This document shows positions 7,928 through 16,784 of a stretch of DNA of 64,000 bases, one piece after another; the stretch's first letter is position 1, and every line of letters starts with the position of its first letter. Location of the stretch: the NCBI GenBank assembly GCA_035249605.1, contig DATFGI010000063.1:65196-129195 (forward strand). The letters are read 5' to 3'. The notes under the pieces are model-generated. The model saw only the letters and a list, made by a program, of their open reading frames with translations, ran no database searches and was not told the origin of the DNA. A program made the position numbers and the translations under genes. The stretch comes from Acidimicrobiia bacterium. Lineage in GTDB: Bacteria > Actinomycetota > Acidimicrobiia > Spongiisociales > ZC4RG35.

Positions 7928-7958
7928 TCGGCCGGGCAGAGCCGATCCAGCCCCGACT

Positions 7959-10592
7959 TCAGTCGTAGAAGACCGACTCGAACGTTCTCCTGGCTCGCCG
8001 GGTGTAAGCCCGGTACTGCTCTCTGAGATCTGCGGTTCGACCGAACCCGAGCGAGGCGGCGAGCCGGGCGGTCGCCGCGGGATCCGTTGGGAGCGAGTCG
8101 GAGGCGCGCCCTCGCTGCAGATGGATTCTCAACCGCACCTGGGTGAGGAACAGGTACGCGTCGTGGAGTGAGTTGTAGTCCGCAGGTGCCAGGATCCCGG
8201 TGTCGCGCAGGGCACGCAGCGCCTCGAACGTCCCGGTCACGCGGATCTCGGGCACGGCGCCGCCGTGGCGAAGCTGCAACAGCTGGACGGCGAACTCGAC
8301 GTCGCTGAGACCGCCCGGGCCAAGTTTGAGGTGGAAGTCGGGATCCTCGTCCACCGGGATCCGCTCTGACTCGACCCTCGCCTTGATCGCTCTCACCTCG
8401 CGAATCACTTCGGAACCGAGTCGTTCTTTCCAGATCACCGACTCGACCATTTCGAAATACGCGTCTAGGAGCCCGGGGTTGCCGGCCACAGGGCGGGCCT
8501 TGACCGTGGCGAGCAACTCCCAGGGGGCAACCCATTCCTCGTAGTAGCGGCGGAACGAGTCGATCGATCGGGAGAGGGGGCCTTTCCGTCCTTCGGGGCG
8601 GAGCCCGGCGTCGATCTCGTATGCCTGACCGTGCCGGCTGGGCTCGGAGAGGATGCGCTCAACGCCGGCCGCCAGGTCGAGACCCCGGTCCGGGTGGTCG
8701 CCGCCGTGGATGTACATCAGATCGAGGTCGGATCCGTAGGACACCTCACGGCCTCCCCACTTGCCCATGGCGATGACCCCGAACTCCTCCCCCGGTTCCA
8801 TCAAGACGTGGAGCGCGGCCCCAACGGCTGCGTCGGCACTGTCGGAGAGAGCATCCAGAGTCGACTCGGACGAGGCGAAACCGAGGATGTCCCGGGCGGC
8901 AATGCGCAGCTTGCGGCGCCGGACGAAACGCCTGATGGTCCCCACCTTGTCCTCGGGCTCGGGCCGACTGTCGAGCAGGGCTCGCAGCCGTTCCGACTCC
9001 TCGGCCAGCCCTCTGACACTGGCGATCATGTCCTCGCTGGCCAGGCGGGGGATGAACTCGGGGATGCGGTCCATCAGATCTCCCACCAGGGTCCCGGTGC
9101 CGAGCAGGGTGCAGAGCCGTTCCCCGGCGACCGGATTGGTCTGCAGGATCGTGACCAAGGCGGCGTGGTCGGTGGAGCGGGCCAGGAGGAGACGGAGCTG
9201 ATCGAGCCCGAGATCTGGATCAGGTGACTGCGAGAGCCAGTCCAGCATCAGGGGAAGGGCCTGGTGCATGACCTGGGAGCGACGGCTCAGCCCGGAGGTC
9301 AGATCGGTCAACGCCCTGCTCGCCGCCACCACGTTGCGGAACCCGAGGGCTTGCAGCCTGACCGCGGCCGCGGCGGGGTCGAGACGGGCGTCTTCGATCC
9401 CGGCCAGCGAGTCGAGAATGGGTCGGAAGTAGAGGCGTTCGTGGAGATCCCGTGCGCTGGAGCGCACGACGGCGAGACGTTGCTCGAACTCGGCCGCCGG
9501 ATCGCGGGTGAACCCGAGCGAGCGGGCGAGGGCCTCCCGTCCCGGCTGGTCCTGGGGGATGGCATGGGTTTGCCTCAGTTGGTGGAGTTGCAACCGGTGC
9601 TCGACGTCGCGCAGGAAGACATAGGCGTCGATCATCCGCTCCGCCTCCTCTTCTTCGATATAACCGTGGCGGCTGAGCGCCTCGATGGCCTCGAGCGTGG
9701 AGGTGACTCGGAGCTCGGTGTCGACCCGCCCGTGGACGAGCTGTAGCAGTTGCACCGCGAATTCGATGTCCCGTATGCCGCCCCGCGACCGTTTGATGTC
9801 AGAGGAGTGCGCACCCTCCTCCGCTCTCGCCTTGAGAGCGCGGATGCTGCGCAGGGCGGCGACGTCGAGCCCGTTGTCCCAGATGATTCGGTCCGCCATC
9901 GCCCGGAAGCCGCGCCCGAGATCCGCATCGCCGGCGGCGGGCCGCACCTTCAGCAATGCCTGTAGCTCCCACGGCTCGCCCCAGCGCTCGTAGTAGCCGG
10001 CGTAGGCGTCGAGACTCCGGCTCAGGGGCCCCATGGTCCCTTCGGGGCGGAGATCGGCGTCGACGTTGAGGCTGGGGCCGTCGAAGGTCGGGGCGGACAG
10101 AGTGGAGATGAGCCGGCTGGCGATGGCCAAACCGGCGGCGCGACTCGCAGTCTCCTCACCCTGAACCGGCTCATGGGCGAAGACGAGGTCGATGTCGGAG
10201 TAGTAGTTGAGCTCCCGGGCGCCCCATTTGCCCATGGCGATCACCGCGAACCGGAGTCCCCGTGCGATCGGGTGACGCTGTGCCGTGTGCTCCACGGCCG
10301 CAGCGAGCTCGGAGGCGACGATCTCGTCGATGGCGTCGGAGAGGCGACGTGTGGTCTCGGCGAACCCGGCGCCGTCGAGGTCGGCTAGGGCGACCTCGAT
10401 GAGTGCGGCGTGCATCCGCGTGCTCACCGTGGCGCCGTCCTCGACGCCCTCGAGTAGTTCCGGCCGGGAAGCCAACGCCTCGGCGAGCGGCGGGCTCACC
10501 TGTGCCAGGGCGGCCACCTTGTCGTCGATCGAGGTCACCGCGACAGGGTATGACGGAAGGAATCGGGGGGTGGCGGCGTATCGTGATGTCAT
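7959..10592 (-). CDS. glnE: Bifunctional glutamine synthetase adenylyltransferase/adenylyl-removing enzyme GlnE
   Basis: 877 aa with two nucleotidyltransferase modules (AVIAMGKWGARELNYYSDIDLVF and GVIAMGKWGGREVSYGSDLDLMY), each followed by a GlnE C-terminal domain. An alternative GTG start exists at 10538. Confidence 0.92.
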   Translation of the reverse strand: MTSRYAATPRFLPSYPVAVTSIDDKVAALAQVSPPLAEALASRPELLEGVEDGATVSTRMHAALIEVALADLDGAGFAETTRRLSDAIDEIVASELAAAVEHTAQRHPIARGLRFAVIAMGKWGARELNYYSDIDLVFAHEPVQGEETASRAAGLAIASRLISTLSAPTFDGPSLNVDADLRPEGTMGPLSRSLDAYAGYYERWGEPWELQALLKVRPAAGDADLGRGFRAMADRIIWDNGLDVAALRSIRALKARAEEGAHSSDIKRSRGGIRDIEFAVQLLQLVHGRVDTELRVTSTLEAIEALSRHGYIEEEEAERMIDAYVFLRDVEHRLQLHQLRQTHAIPQDQPGREALARSLGFTRDPAAEFEQRLAVVRSSARDLHERLYFRPILDSLAGIEDARLDPAAAAVRLQALGFRNVVAASRALTDLTSGLSRRSQVMHQALPLMLDWLSQSPDPDLGLDQLRLLLARSTDHAALVTILQTNPVAGERLCTLLGTGTLVGDLMDRIPEFIPRLASEDMIASVRGLAEESERLRALLDSRPEPEDKVGTIRRFVRRRKLRIAARDILGFASSESTLDALSDSADAAVGAALHVLMEPGEEFGVIAMGKWGGREVSYGSDLDLMYIHGGDHPDRGLDLAAGVERILSEPSRHGQAYEIDAGLRPEGRKGPLSRSIDSFRRYYEEWVAPWELLATVKARPVAGNPGLLDAYFEMVESVIWKERLGSEVIREVRAIKARVESERIPVDEDPDFHLKLGPGGLSDVEFAVQLLQLRHGGAVPEIRVTGTFEALRALRDTGILAPADYNSLHDAYLFLTQVRLRIHLQRGRASDSLPTDPAATARLAASLGFGRTADLREQYRAYTRRARRTFESVFYD

Positions 10593-12249
10593 GTCATTGC
10601 AGGTGGCCGGCGCTCAGATCAACCTCACCGTGGGTGACCTGGAAGGGAACGAGCGGCGCATCGAGGATGCGATGGATCGCGCCTCGCAGGAAGGGGCGGA
10701 TGTGCTCCTGCTCCCCGAGTTGGCCATCTCCGGCTATCCCCCCGAGGACCTGGTCCTGCGCCGCGATTTCGTCGAGGCCAACATCGCGGTGCTGCGTCGA
10801 CTTGCCCGTCGCTCCGACGATCTCATGACCGTGGTCGGGTTCGTCGACTTCGCCACCGGAGCGGGGAGCCGCTCCGTCGATGCCGAGCCCCGGGCAGTGG
10901 CCAATGCCGCCGCCATCCTCTCTCGGGGAAGGATCGAGGGCATCTATCACAAGGTGCACCTTCCCAACTACGGCGTTTTCGACGAGGACCGCTACTTCGT
11001 GGTCGGCTCCGATCCCGATCGTCTCTGGGAGGCGGCCGGGGTGCCCGTCGGAGTGTCGATCTGTGAGGACATCTGGCTCGACGACGGCCCGCCCACGCTG
11101 CAAGCTCGCGCCGGGGCCGAGGTCTTGCTCAACATCAACGCCTCCCCTTTCCACCGGGGCAAGGCGGCGGAGCGCGAGGACATGCTCGCCGCCCGCGCCC
11201 GGGCCGGGAACGCCTCGGTCGTCTATCTCAACCTGTTCGGCGGCCAGGACGAGCTGGTATTCGACGGGGCGTCGGTGGTGATCGCACCGGACGGGACCGT
11301 GCTCCACCGCTCGCCACAGTTCGTCGAGGACTTCTTCGTGGTCGAGGTCCCGACGAGAGGAGAGAGAGCGCCGATCGCCGAAGTCGCCCCCCACCTGGAG
11401 CCCACGGAGGAGGTCTATCGCGCCCTGAGCATCGGTCTCTCCGACTATTGCTCGAAGAACGGGTTCGAGGGGGTGGTCATCGGGCTCTCCGGCGGCATCG
11501 ACTCGGCGCTCACCGCCACCATCGCCACCGACGCACTCGGCGCGGAATCGGTGTGGGGTGTCTCCATGCCGTCGCGGTTCTCGTCGGAGCATTCGATCGA
11601 CGACGCCGCTGCGCTGGCAGCCAACCTGGGCATCCGCTTCGACCGGATCGGGATCGACGGAGTGTTCTCCGCCCAACTCGACGCCCTCTCCGAAGTCTTC
11701 GGCGACTCACAGTTCGGGCTCGCCGAGGAGAATCTGCAGGCGCGTGCCCGGGGTGCGATCCTCATGGCCATCTCCAACAAGCACGGGCCGTTGGTGCTGG
11801 CCACGGGTAACAAGTCGGAGATGGCCGTCGGTTTCGCAACCCTGTACGGCGACATGGTGGGCGGATATGCGGTGCTCAAGGATGTTCTCAAGGGCCTCGT
11901 CTACGAGCTGGCGAGATGGCGCAACAAAGACGGCGAGGTCATCCCTCAGAACACGATCGACAAGCCCCCGTCGGCCGAGTTGCGGCCCGATCAGAAGGAT
12001 TCCGACTCCCTGCCCCCGTATGAGACCCTCGACGCCATCCTGGAGCGGTATGTCGAGGACGACATGGGAGTCGCGGAGATCGTCGCCGACGGATATGACG
12101 CCGACACGGTGCTCACCGTGGCCCGCATGGTCGACCAGGCGGAGTACAAGCGCCGGCAGGCCGCGCCCGGGGTCAAGATATCGACCAAGGCGTTCGGCAA
12201 GGACCGCAGGCTGCCCATCACCAACCGTTACCGGCCCGTCCTCCCGTGA
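10591..12249 (+). CDS. nadE: Glutamine-dependent NAD+ synthetase NadE
   Basis: Starts at ATG 10591 (MSLQVAGAQINLTVGDLEGN...). N-terminal nitrilase/CN-hydrolase domain (LLLPELAISGYPPEDL, VSICEDIW) and C-terminal NAD synthase domain (GLSGGIDSAL). The track ORF has 102 unsupported upstream codons. Confidence 0.92.
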   Translation: MSLQVAGAQINLTVGDLEGNERRIEDAMDRASQEGADVLLLPELAISGYPPEDLVLRRDFVEANIAVLRRLARRSDDLMTVVGFVDFATGAGSRSVDAEPRAVANAAAILSRGRIEGIYHKVHLPNYGVFDEDRYFVVGSDPDRLWEAAGVPVGVSICEDIWLDDGPPTLQARAGAEVLLNINASPFHRGKAAEREDMLAARARAGNASVVYLNLFGGQDELVFDGASVVIAPDGTVLHRSPQFVEDFFVVEVPTRGERAPIAEVAPHLEPTEEVYRALSIGLSDYCSKNGFEGVVIGLSGGIDSALTATIATDALGAESVWGVSMPSRFSSEHSIDDAAALAANLGIRFDRIGIDGVFSAQLDALSEVFGDSQFGLAEENLQARARGAILMAISNKHGPLVLATGNKSEMAVGFATLYGDMVGGYAVLKDVLKGLVYELARWRNKDGEVIPQNTIDKPPSAELRPDQKDSDSLPPYETLDAILERYVEDDMGVAEIVADGYDADTVLTVARMVDQAEYKRRQAAPGVKISTKAFGKDRRLPITNRYRPVLP

Positions 12250-13061
12250 TCACGGCGGTCTCGATCAACGGAGAGGTGTCTACCGCCGGGGTGCCAGTCA
12301 CCGACTCGTCGGTGCTGCGGGGAGACGCCTGTTTCGAGGTTCTGAGGTCCTATGCCGGCCGTCCTTTCGCTCTCGCCGAGCATCTCGACCGTCTCGCGGC
12401 CAGTGCGAAGATGATGGCTATCGAGCTCCCCGACCGCGAGGATCTCAGCCGGTGGGTGCGCGACTCCTCCGCCGAGCTCGGCGACGGTGCGGTCCGGGTG
12501 GTCGTCACCCGGGGCTCGGCATTGCCCGGCATCGACGAACCCTCCAATGTGATCGTCTTCGGCCACAGCTGGGAGCGGGGCCCCGATGTGGCAACACTTC
12601 TGCCGGTAGAGGCTCCGTGGCACGCGGCCGGAGCGGAATGGGACCTCGCCGGAGCCAAGGTGACCTCCTATGCCCCCAACATGGCCGCAGGGCGCCGGGC
12701 GCGGGAGACCGGCTACGACGATGCCCTCCTCGTCTCCAGGGATGGCATGGTGCTCGAGGGCCCGACGTTCTCGGTGGCGTGGGTGGTCGACGGTGTGATG
12801 GAAACCCCCGGTCTCGACCTGGGGATCCTCGATTCGATCACCCGTCGATTCGTCATCGATCTCGCATCGCGGCTCGGGTTGACGGTCAATGAGGGCAGAT
12901 GGCAGCTGAGTCGTCTCGACGAGGCGTCGGAGGTCATGGCATTGTCGACCATCCGCGAGGTGCAGGCGGTGGGTGCGGTGGGCACCACCCGTTTCGTGCC
13001 GGGACCGGTGACCCAGGATCTGGCCGTGGCATTCGCCTCATTGGTGACAGAATCCGATTAG
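12246..13061 (+). CDS. Class IV aminotransferase (branched-chain aminotransferase / aminodeoxychorismate lyase family)
   Basis: 271 aa with a GTGA overlap onto the nadE stop. RGDACFEVLRSY, HLDRL and EGPTFSVAWV segments are typical of fold-type IV PLP enzymes. Confidence 0.8.
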   Translation: MITAVSINGEVSTAGVPVTDSSVLRGDACFEVLRSYAGRPFALAEHLDRLAASAKMMAIELPDREDLSRWVRDSSAELGDGAVRVVVTRGSALPGIDEPSNVIVFGHSWERGPDVATLLPVEAPWHAAGAEWDLAGAKVTSYAPNMAAGRRARETGYDDALLVSRDGMVLEGPTFSVAWVVDGVMETPGLDLGILDSITRRFVIDLASRLGLTVNEGRWQLSRLDEASEVMALSTIREVQAVGAVGTTRFVPGPVTQDLAVAFASLVTESD

Positions 13062-13095
13062 GGAACCCTTCGGCGCTACGGTTCGTTGCGTGCTC

Positions 13096-13611
13096 ATGAG
13101 AATCCGTCTCATTGTGCTTCTCGCAGTCATGGTCGCCCTGGCGGCCTGCACCGGGGACGACCCCGAGCTCTCCACCGACTCGACCATCGTCACCGGTGGC
13201 ACCAACGCCTCCTCGCCCACCACCTCGACGACCGGGGACGGTGGTGCCGGAACCAACGTGTCCCCCTCGACGACTCTGGCCGGCCAGAGTGTCGACAGCT
13301 ACGAGGTCATTGCCACCATTCCCAACGACCGCGGCGTCTCACAACACATCGTCATCCCCAACGGGGCCTACACGGACGTCGACTTGGAGAACTTCGTGAT
13401 CGACCTGATCGAGTCGAACTCCGACCTCTACGGTGCCGAGATCTTCGACGACGCCGAAGCTGCGGCCGCCTTCGCCGTCGAGCCCGATCAGCGCAGCGAG
13501 GACCAGATCGCCCTCATCGAGCGGCACCACTTCGTCTCGCTGGTGGGGAGGGAACGGATCGAGTTCCGCGGCCCGTTCGCCGAGTTCCCCGGCGGTGCCA
13601 TCGGCAGCTGA
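13096..13611 (+). CDS. Secreted lipoprotein, function unknown
   Basis: MRIRLIVLLAVMVALAAC signal peptide with a lipobox, followed by a T/S/P-rich linker. A GTG at 13090 is an alternative start. Confidence 0.65.
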   Translation: MRIRLIVLLAVMVALAACTGDDPELSTDSTIVTGGTNASSPTTSTTGDGGAGTNVSPSTTLAGQSVDSYEVIATIPNDRGVSQHIVIPNGAYTDVDLENFVIDLIESNSDLYGAEIFDDAEAAAAFAVEPDQRSEDQIALIERHHFVSLVGRERIEFRGPFAEFPGGAIGS

Positions 13612-13613
13612 TC

Positions 13614-15020
13614 TCAGGTCAGGAACGCGGCAGTCAGCAGAAATCCGCCGAAGCCGAGGGCGTCGGTGATGAGCGTGAGGAAGATGGTCGAGGCAAGTGC
13701 GGGGTCCTGCCCCATCCTTCGCAGCACCAAAGGGATGGCACTTCCGGCGAGAGATGCGATCGTCAGGTTGACCACCACGGCTATCGCCACCGCGGCTGCG
13801 ATTCTCCAGATGGGGGTTGTGCCGTGATCCATGAATCCGGAGGCCATCAGGAGTGTGGCGACCAATGAGGCGACGGTGGCGAGGATGAACCCGTTCAGCA
13901 CGCCGATTCGCACCTGACGTCCGAGGATGCCGCGGACCTGTGAGCCGGGGACGCTGTCATTGCCCAGGCCGCGGACCATGACGGCGAGGCTCTGCTGGCC
14001 GCTGTTGCCACCGAGGGTGGCCACGACGGGCATGAGGGCAGCCAGGATGGGGAGCTCTGAGATGACGCCGGTGAGTTGTTCGACTATGAGCGCGACGATC
14101 AACGCCAGCGTCAGGTTCAACATCAGCCAAGGTGAGCGGGACCTCACCGAGGTGCCGATCGCCGTGTAAACCGTCTCCTCGACACCGGCGCCCACCGAGA
14201 CGGCGAAGTCCTCGGTTGCCTCGTCTTGGACCGCCTCGATCACCGCCTCGGTGGTGACCATCCCGAGCAGGCGGCCGTCGTCGTCGGTCACCGGGATCCC
14301 GAATAAGTGGTATCGCTGGGCGAGGTCGGCCACCTCCTCACGGTCGGTGAGAGTGCCCACCGAGATCGGGTCGGGCACCATGACGTCGCCGAGGGGGGAC
14401 CCGGGGCGGCGGAACACCAGGTCCCGGAACGAGATCACACCCTGCAGATGGTCCTCGTCGTCCACCACGTAGACATAGGAGAGATCCTCGTACTCGTCGT
14501 GGAGTTGTCTGATCCGCTCGATCGCCTCACCGGTGGTCAGACCCAGGGGAAGGGCGGCGATCTCGGTGGTCATCAAACCCCCTGCCGTGTCGGGTGGGTA
14601 GAGGAGGAGATCGCGTATCTCATCCTCGGCCTGGTCGCTCATCGCGGCGAGCACGTCCTCGCTCACATCCGGGTCGAGCTCGCCGAGGATGTCGGCGGCG
14701 GCCTCGCTGGGCATCTCGCTCAGTGCGGCGGCGAGATCCGCCAGCGGGTAGTTCTCCAGGAGCTCCACGGCCAGCTCGGGCGAGATCTCCTCGAGAATCT
14801 CGGCGGCGTCCGATGGAGGTAGCTCGGCGAGGAGCTCGGCGGCGTCGGCCTCGTCGAGCTGCTCGAGGATGTCGGCGGCGTCACCGGGGGTCGCCTGGGC
14901 GAGCGCCTCCCACTCCTCGCGATTTGCGTCGAGGTAGTCGGCCACCTGATCGTGGTCGCGGCGCGCCACGGCGAGGAGCTGACGTGCAAGTTGACGCGGG
15001 CTTCTGAGTCGAAGTCTCAC
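13614..15020 (-). CDS. mgtE: Magnesium transporter MgtE
   Basis: 468 aa. Acidic MgtE N-domain, a CBS pair (VYVVDDEDHLQGVISFRDL, IPVTDDDGRLLGMVT) and a C-terminal 5-TM MgtE domain. Confidence 0.92.
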   Translation of the reverse strand: MRLRLRSPRQLARQLLAVARRDHDQVADYLDANREEWEALAQATPGDAADILEQLDEADAAELLAELPPSDAAEILEEISPELAVELLENYPLADLAAALSEMPSEAAADILGELDPDVSEDVLAAMSDQAEDEIRDLLLYPPDTAGGLMTTEIAALPLGLTTGEAIERIRQLHDEYEDLSYVYVVDDEDHLQGVISFRDLVFRRPGSPLGDVMVPDPISVGTLTDREEVADLAQRYHLFGIPVTDDDGRLLGMVTTEAVIEAVQDEATEDFAVSVGAGVEETVYTAIGTSVRSRSPWLMLNLTLALIVALIVEQLTGVISELPILAALMPVVATLGGNSGQQSLAVMVRGLGNDSVPGSQVRGILGRQVRIGVLNGFILATVASLVATLLMASGFMDHGTTPIWRIAAAVAIAVVVNLTIASLAGSAIPLVLRRMGQDPALASTIFLTLITDALGFGGFLLTAAFLT

Positions 15021-15066
15021 TGTTGACCCCGGCGACGATGAACCGGGACCAGCGTACTTCCCCGAA

Positions 15067-15543
15067 TCAGCCCTGGTAGGGACGTACCGCCCTGACCTCG
15101 ACGGTCATGGTGCCGACCGGCGCCTCGTACTCCACCTGGTCGCCGACCGTGCTGCCCAGCAACGCGGCGCCAAGTGGGCTGGCGGGCGAGGCGAGAAGGA
15201 CCCCGGGCACCTTGTTCTCCTGGGGAGCGACGAAGTAATCCAGCTCGTCGCCATCGGAGTCGACCACCGTGACCACGCATCCGATCTCGACCCGGCCGGT
15301 GTCTTCCACTTCTCGGACCTCCGCGGTGTGGATCAGGTGCTCCAGCTTGCGGATCCGCGCCTCCATCAGCCCCTGGTCGTTCTTGGCCGCGTCATAGTCG
15401 GCGTTCTCTCGGAGATCGCCATGCGAGCGCGCCTCGGCGATGCGATCCTCGATCTCGCGGCGACCCTCGGTCCGCAGCTGGTCGAGCTCCTCTTCGAGCT
15501 TGGCCAGTGCCGCCGGGGTCAGGAATGTGGTCTCTGCGCTCAT
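15067..15543 (-). CDS. greA: Transcription elongation factor GreA
   Basis: 158 aa from ATG 15543. The LTPAALAKLEEELDQL...GDLRENADYDAAKNDQG coiled coil and C-terminal FKBP-like domain are typical GreA. Confidence 0.93.
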   Translation of the reverse strand: MSAETTFLTPAALAKLEEELDQLRTEGRREIEDRIAEARSHGDLRENADYDAAKNDQGLMEARIRKLEHLIHTAEVREVEDTGRVEIGCVVTVVDSDGDELDYFVAPQENKVPGVLLASPASPLGAALLGSTVGDQVEYEAPVGTMTVEVRAVRPYQG

Positions 15544-15605
15544 TTGGTTGTGGCGGACGGGCAAGGTTAAGCCTGACGCATGGGGTAGCGACAAAGCCGC
15601 ACACG

Positions 15606-15655
15606 CGAACCCAGGGTTCCCAGCGTCGCTCAGCGACGCTACGAACCCTGGGTTG
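15606..15655. repeat. REP-like composite palindrome, core type 1
   Basis: CGAACCCAGGGTTCCCAGCGTCGCTCAGCGACGCTACGAACCCTGGGTTG, identical over 50 bp to 27878-27927. Lies between the divergent greA and selD starts. Confidence 0.9.
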
Positions 15656-15715
15656 GGCGGTGGTCGTCGGCGGCGTCGGGCGGCGGCTGACCGTCGACCG
15701 GCTTAACTTCGCCGG

Positions 15716-16738
15716 GTGACAGAGATCCGTCTCACCAGATACAGCCACGGGGCCGGCTGAGCCTGCAAGCTCGGGGAAGCCGAGTTGGCCCAGGTCCTGG
15801 GTCCCGTGATCGACCATCCCGCCGCAACCCACCCCGATCTGAGTGTCGGTCTGGCCACCGGCGACGACGCCGGCGTCTATGCGCTGGGAGATGGTCGCGC
15901 CCTGGTGCAGACGGTGGACATCTTCACTCCGGTGGTGGACTCGCCGCGCGATTGGGGACGGATCGCGGCCGCCAACGCCCTCTCCGACATCTATGCAATG
16001 GGGGCGACACCACTCACCGCGCTTCAGTACCTGGCCTGGCCCCGCGACGAGCTGCCCTTCGCCGCGGCCAGCGAAGTGATCGCCGGGGGCATGGATGTGA
16101 TGGCCTCGGCGGGATGCACTGTGGTGGGCGGTCACTCCATCGATGGGCCCGAGCCGACTTACGGCTTTGCCGTCACCGGCACGGTCGACCTCGACAGAGT
16201 GGTGACCAACTCCGGGGCTCACCCCGGGGATGTGCTGGTGTTGACCAAGGCACTGGGGATGGGGGTCATCACCACGGCCATCAAGCGAGGGACCTGCCCA
16301 CCGGATCTCGCCGCGGAGGCGATCGATCTGATGGCGGCACTCAACGAAAGGGCCGGTGCGGCCCTCTGGGCGCACCGGGCATCGGCGGCGACCGACGTCA
16401 CGGGCTTCGGCCTGCTCGGGCATCTCCGCGAGATCTGTCGTGCTTCTCACGTGGGTGCTTGGGTCGAGCTGGCCTCGGTGCCGATCCTCGATGGGGTCGG
16501 CGACCTCCTCGCGATGGGAATGTGGGCTGGAGGGTCGGAGCGGAACCGCCGCTCCATCGAGCCCGACCTGGAAAGTGATGTCGACCCCGAGCTCATCCGT
16601 CCGCTACTCGACGCCCAGACCTCCGGTGGCCTCCTGGTCGCATTGCCCGAGGGCCAGGTCGGTGGCTATCTGGAAGCGGTCCCCGGGGCGACCCGCATCG
16701 GTGTCTGCACCGCGGACGAGGTCATCAGAGTGGGATAG
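15716..16738 (+). CDS. selD: Selenide, water dikinase (selenophosphate synthetase) SelD, selenocysteine-containing; TGA 15758-15760 read as Sec
   Basis: GTG 15716 is the first start after in-frame TAA 15704-15706. It gives VTEIRLTRYSHGAG-U-ACKLGEAELAQVLG..., in frame with the track ORF (15785-16738). This matches the SelD catalytic loop (E. coli IRLTQYSHGAGCGCK). The rest is a PurM-like AIR synthase fold (DDAGVY, DIFTPVVD, GGHSID). Confidence 0.85.
15765..15789 (+). promoter_or_regulatory. Candidate bacterial SECIS stem-loop downstream of the selD UGA
   Basis: GCAAGCTCGG-GGAAG-CCGAGTTGGC. Nine of 10 positions pair, including one G-U. The upper stem CTCGG/CCGAG begins about 10 nt after the UGA. 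The apical loop is G-rich. Confidence 0.5.
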
Positions 16739-16784
16739 CCTGCGTGTCGCCCCATGGCGGGCGTCCCGGGTCACATCTCCCCCC

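Noticed and set aside
15021-15066. M-box riboswitch upstream of mgtE, and a yybP-ykoY Mn riboswitch upstream of the VIT1 gene (5382-5447)
   Set aside because: The gaps are only 46 and 66 nt, too short for those riboswitches. I see none of their conserved sequence blocks.
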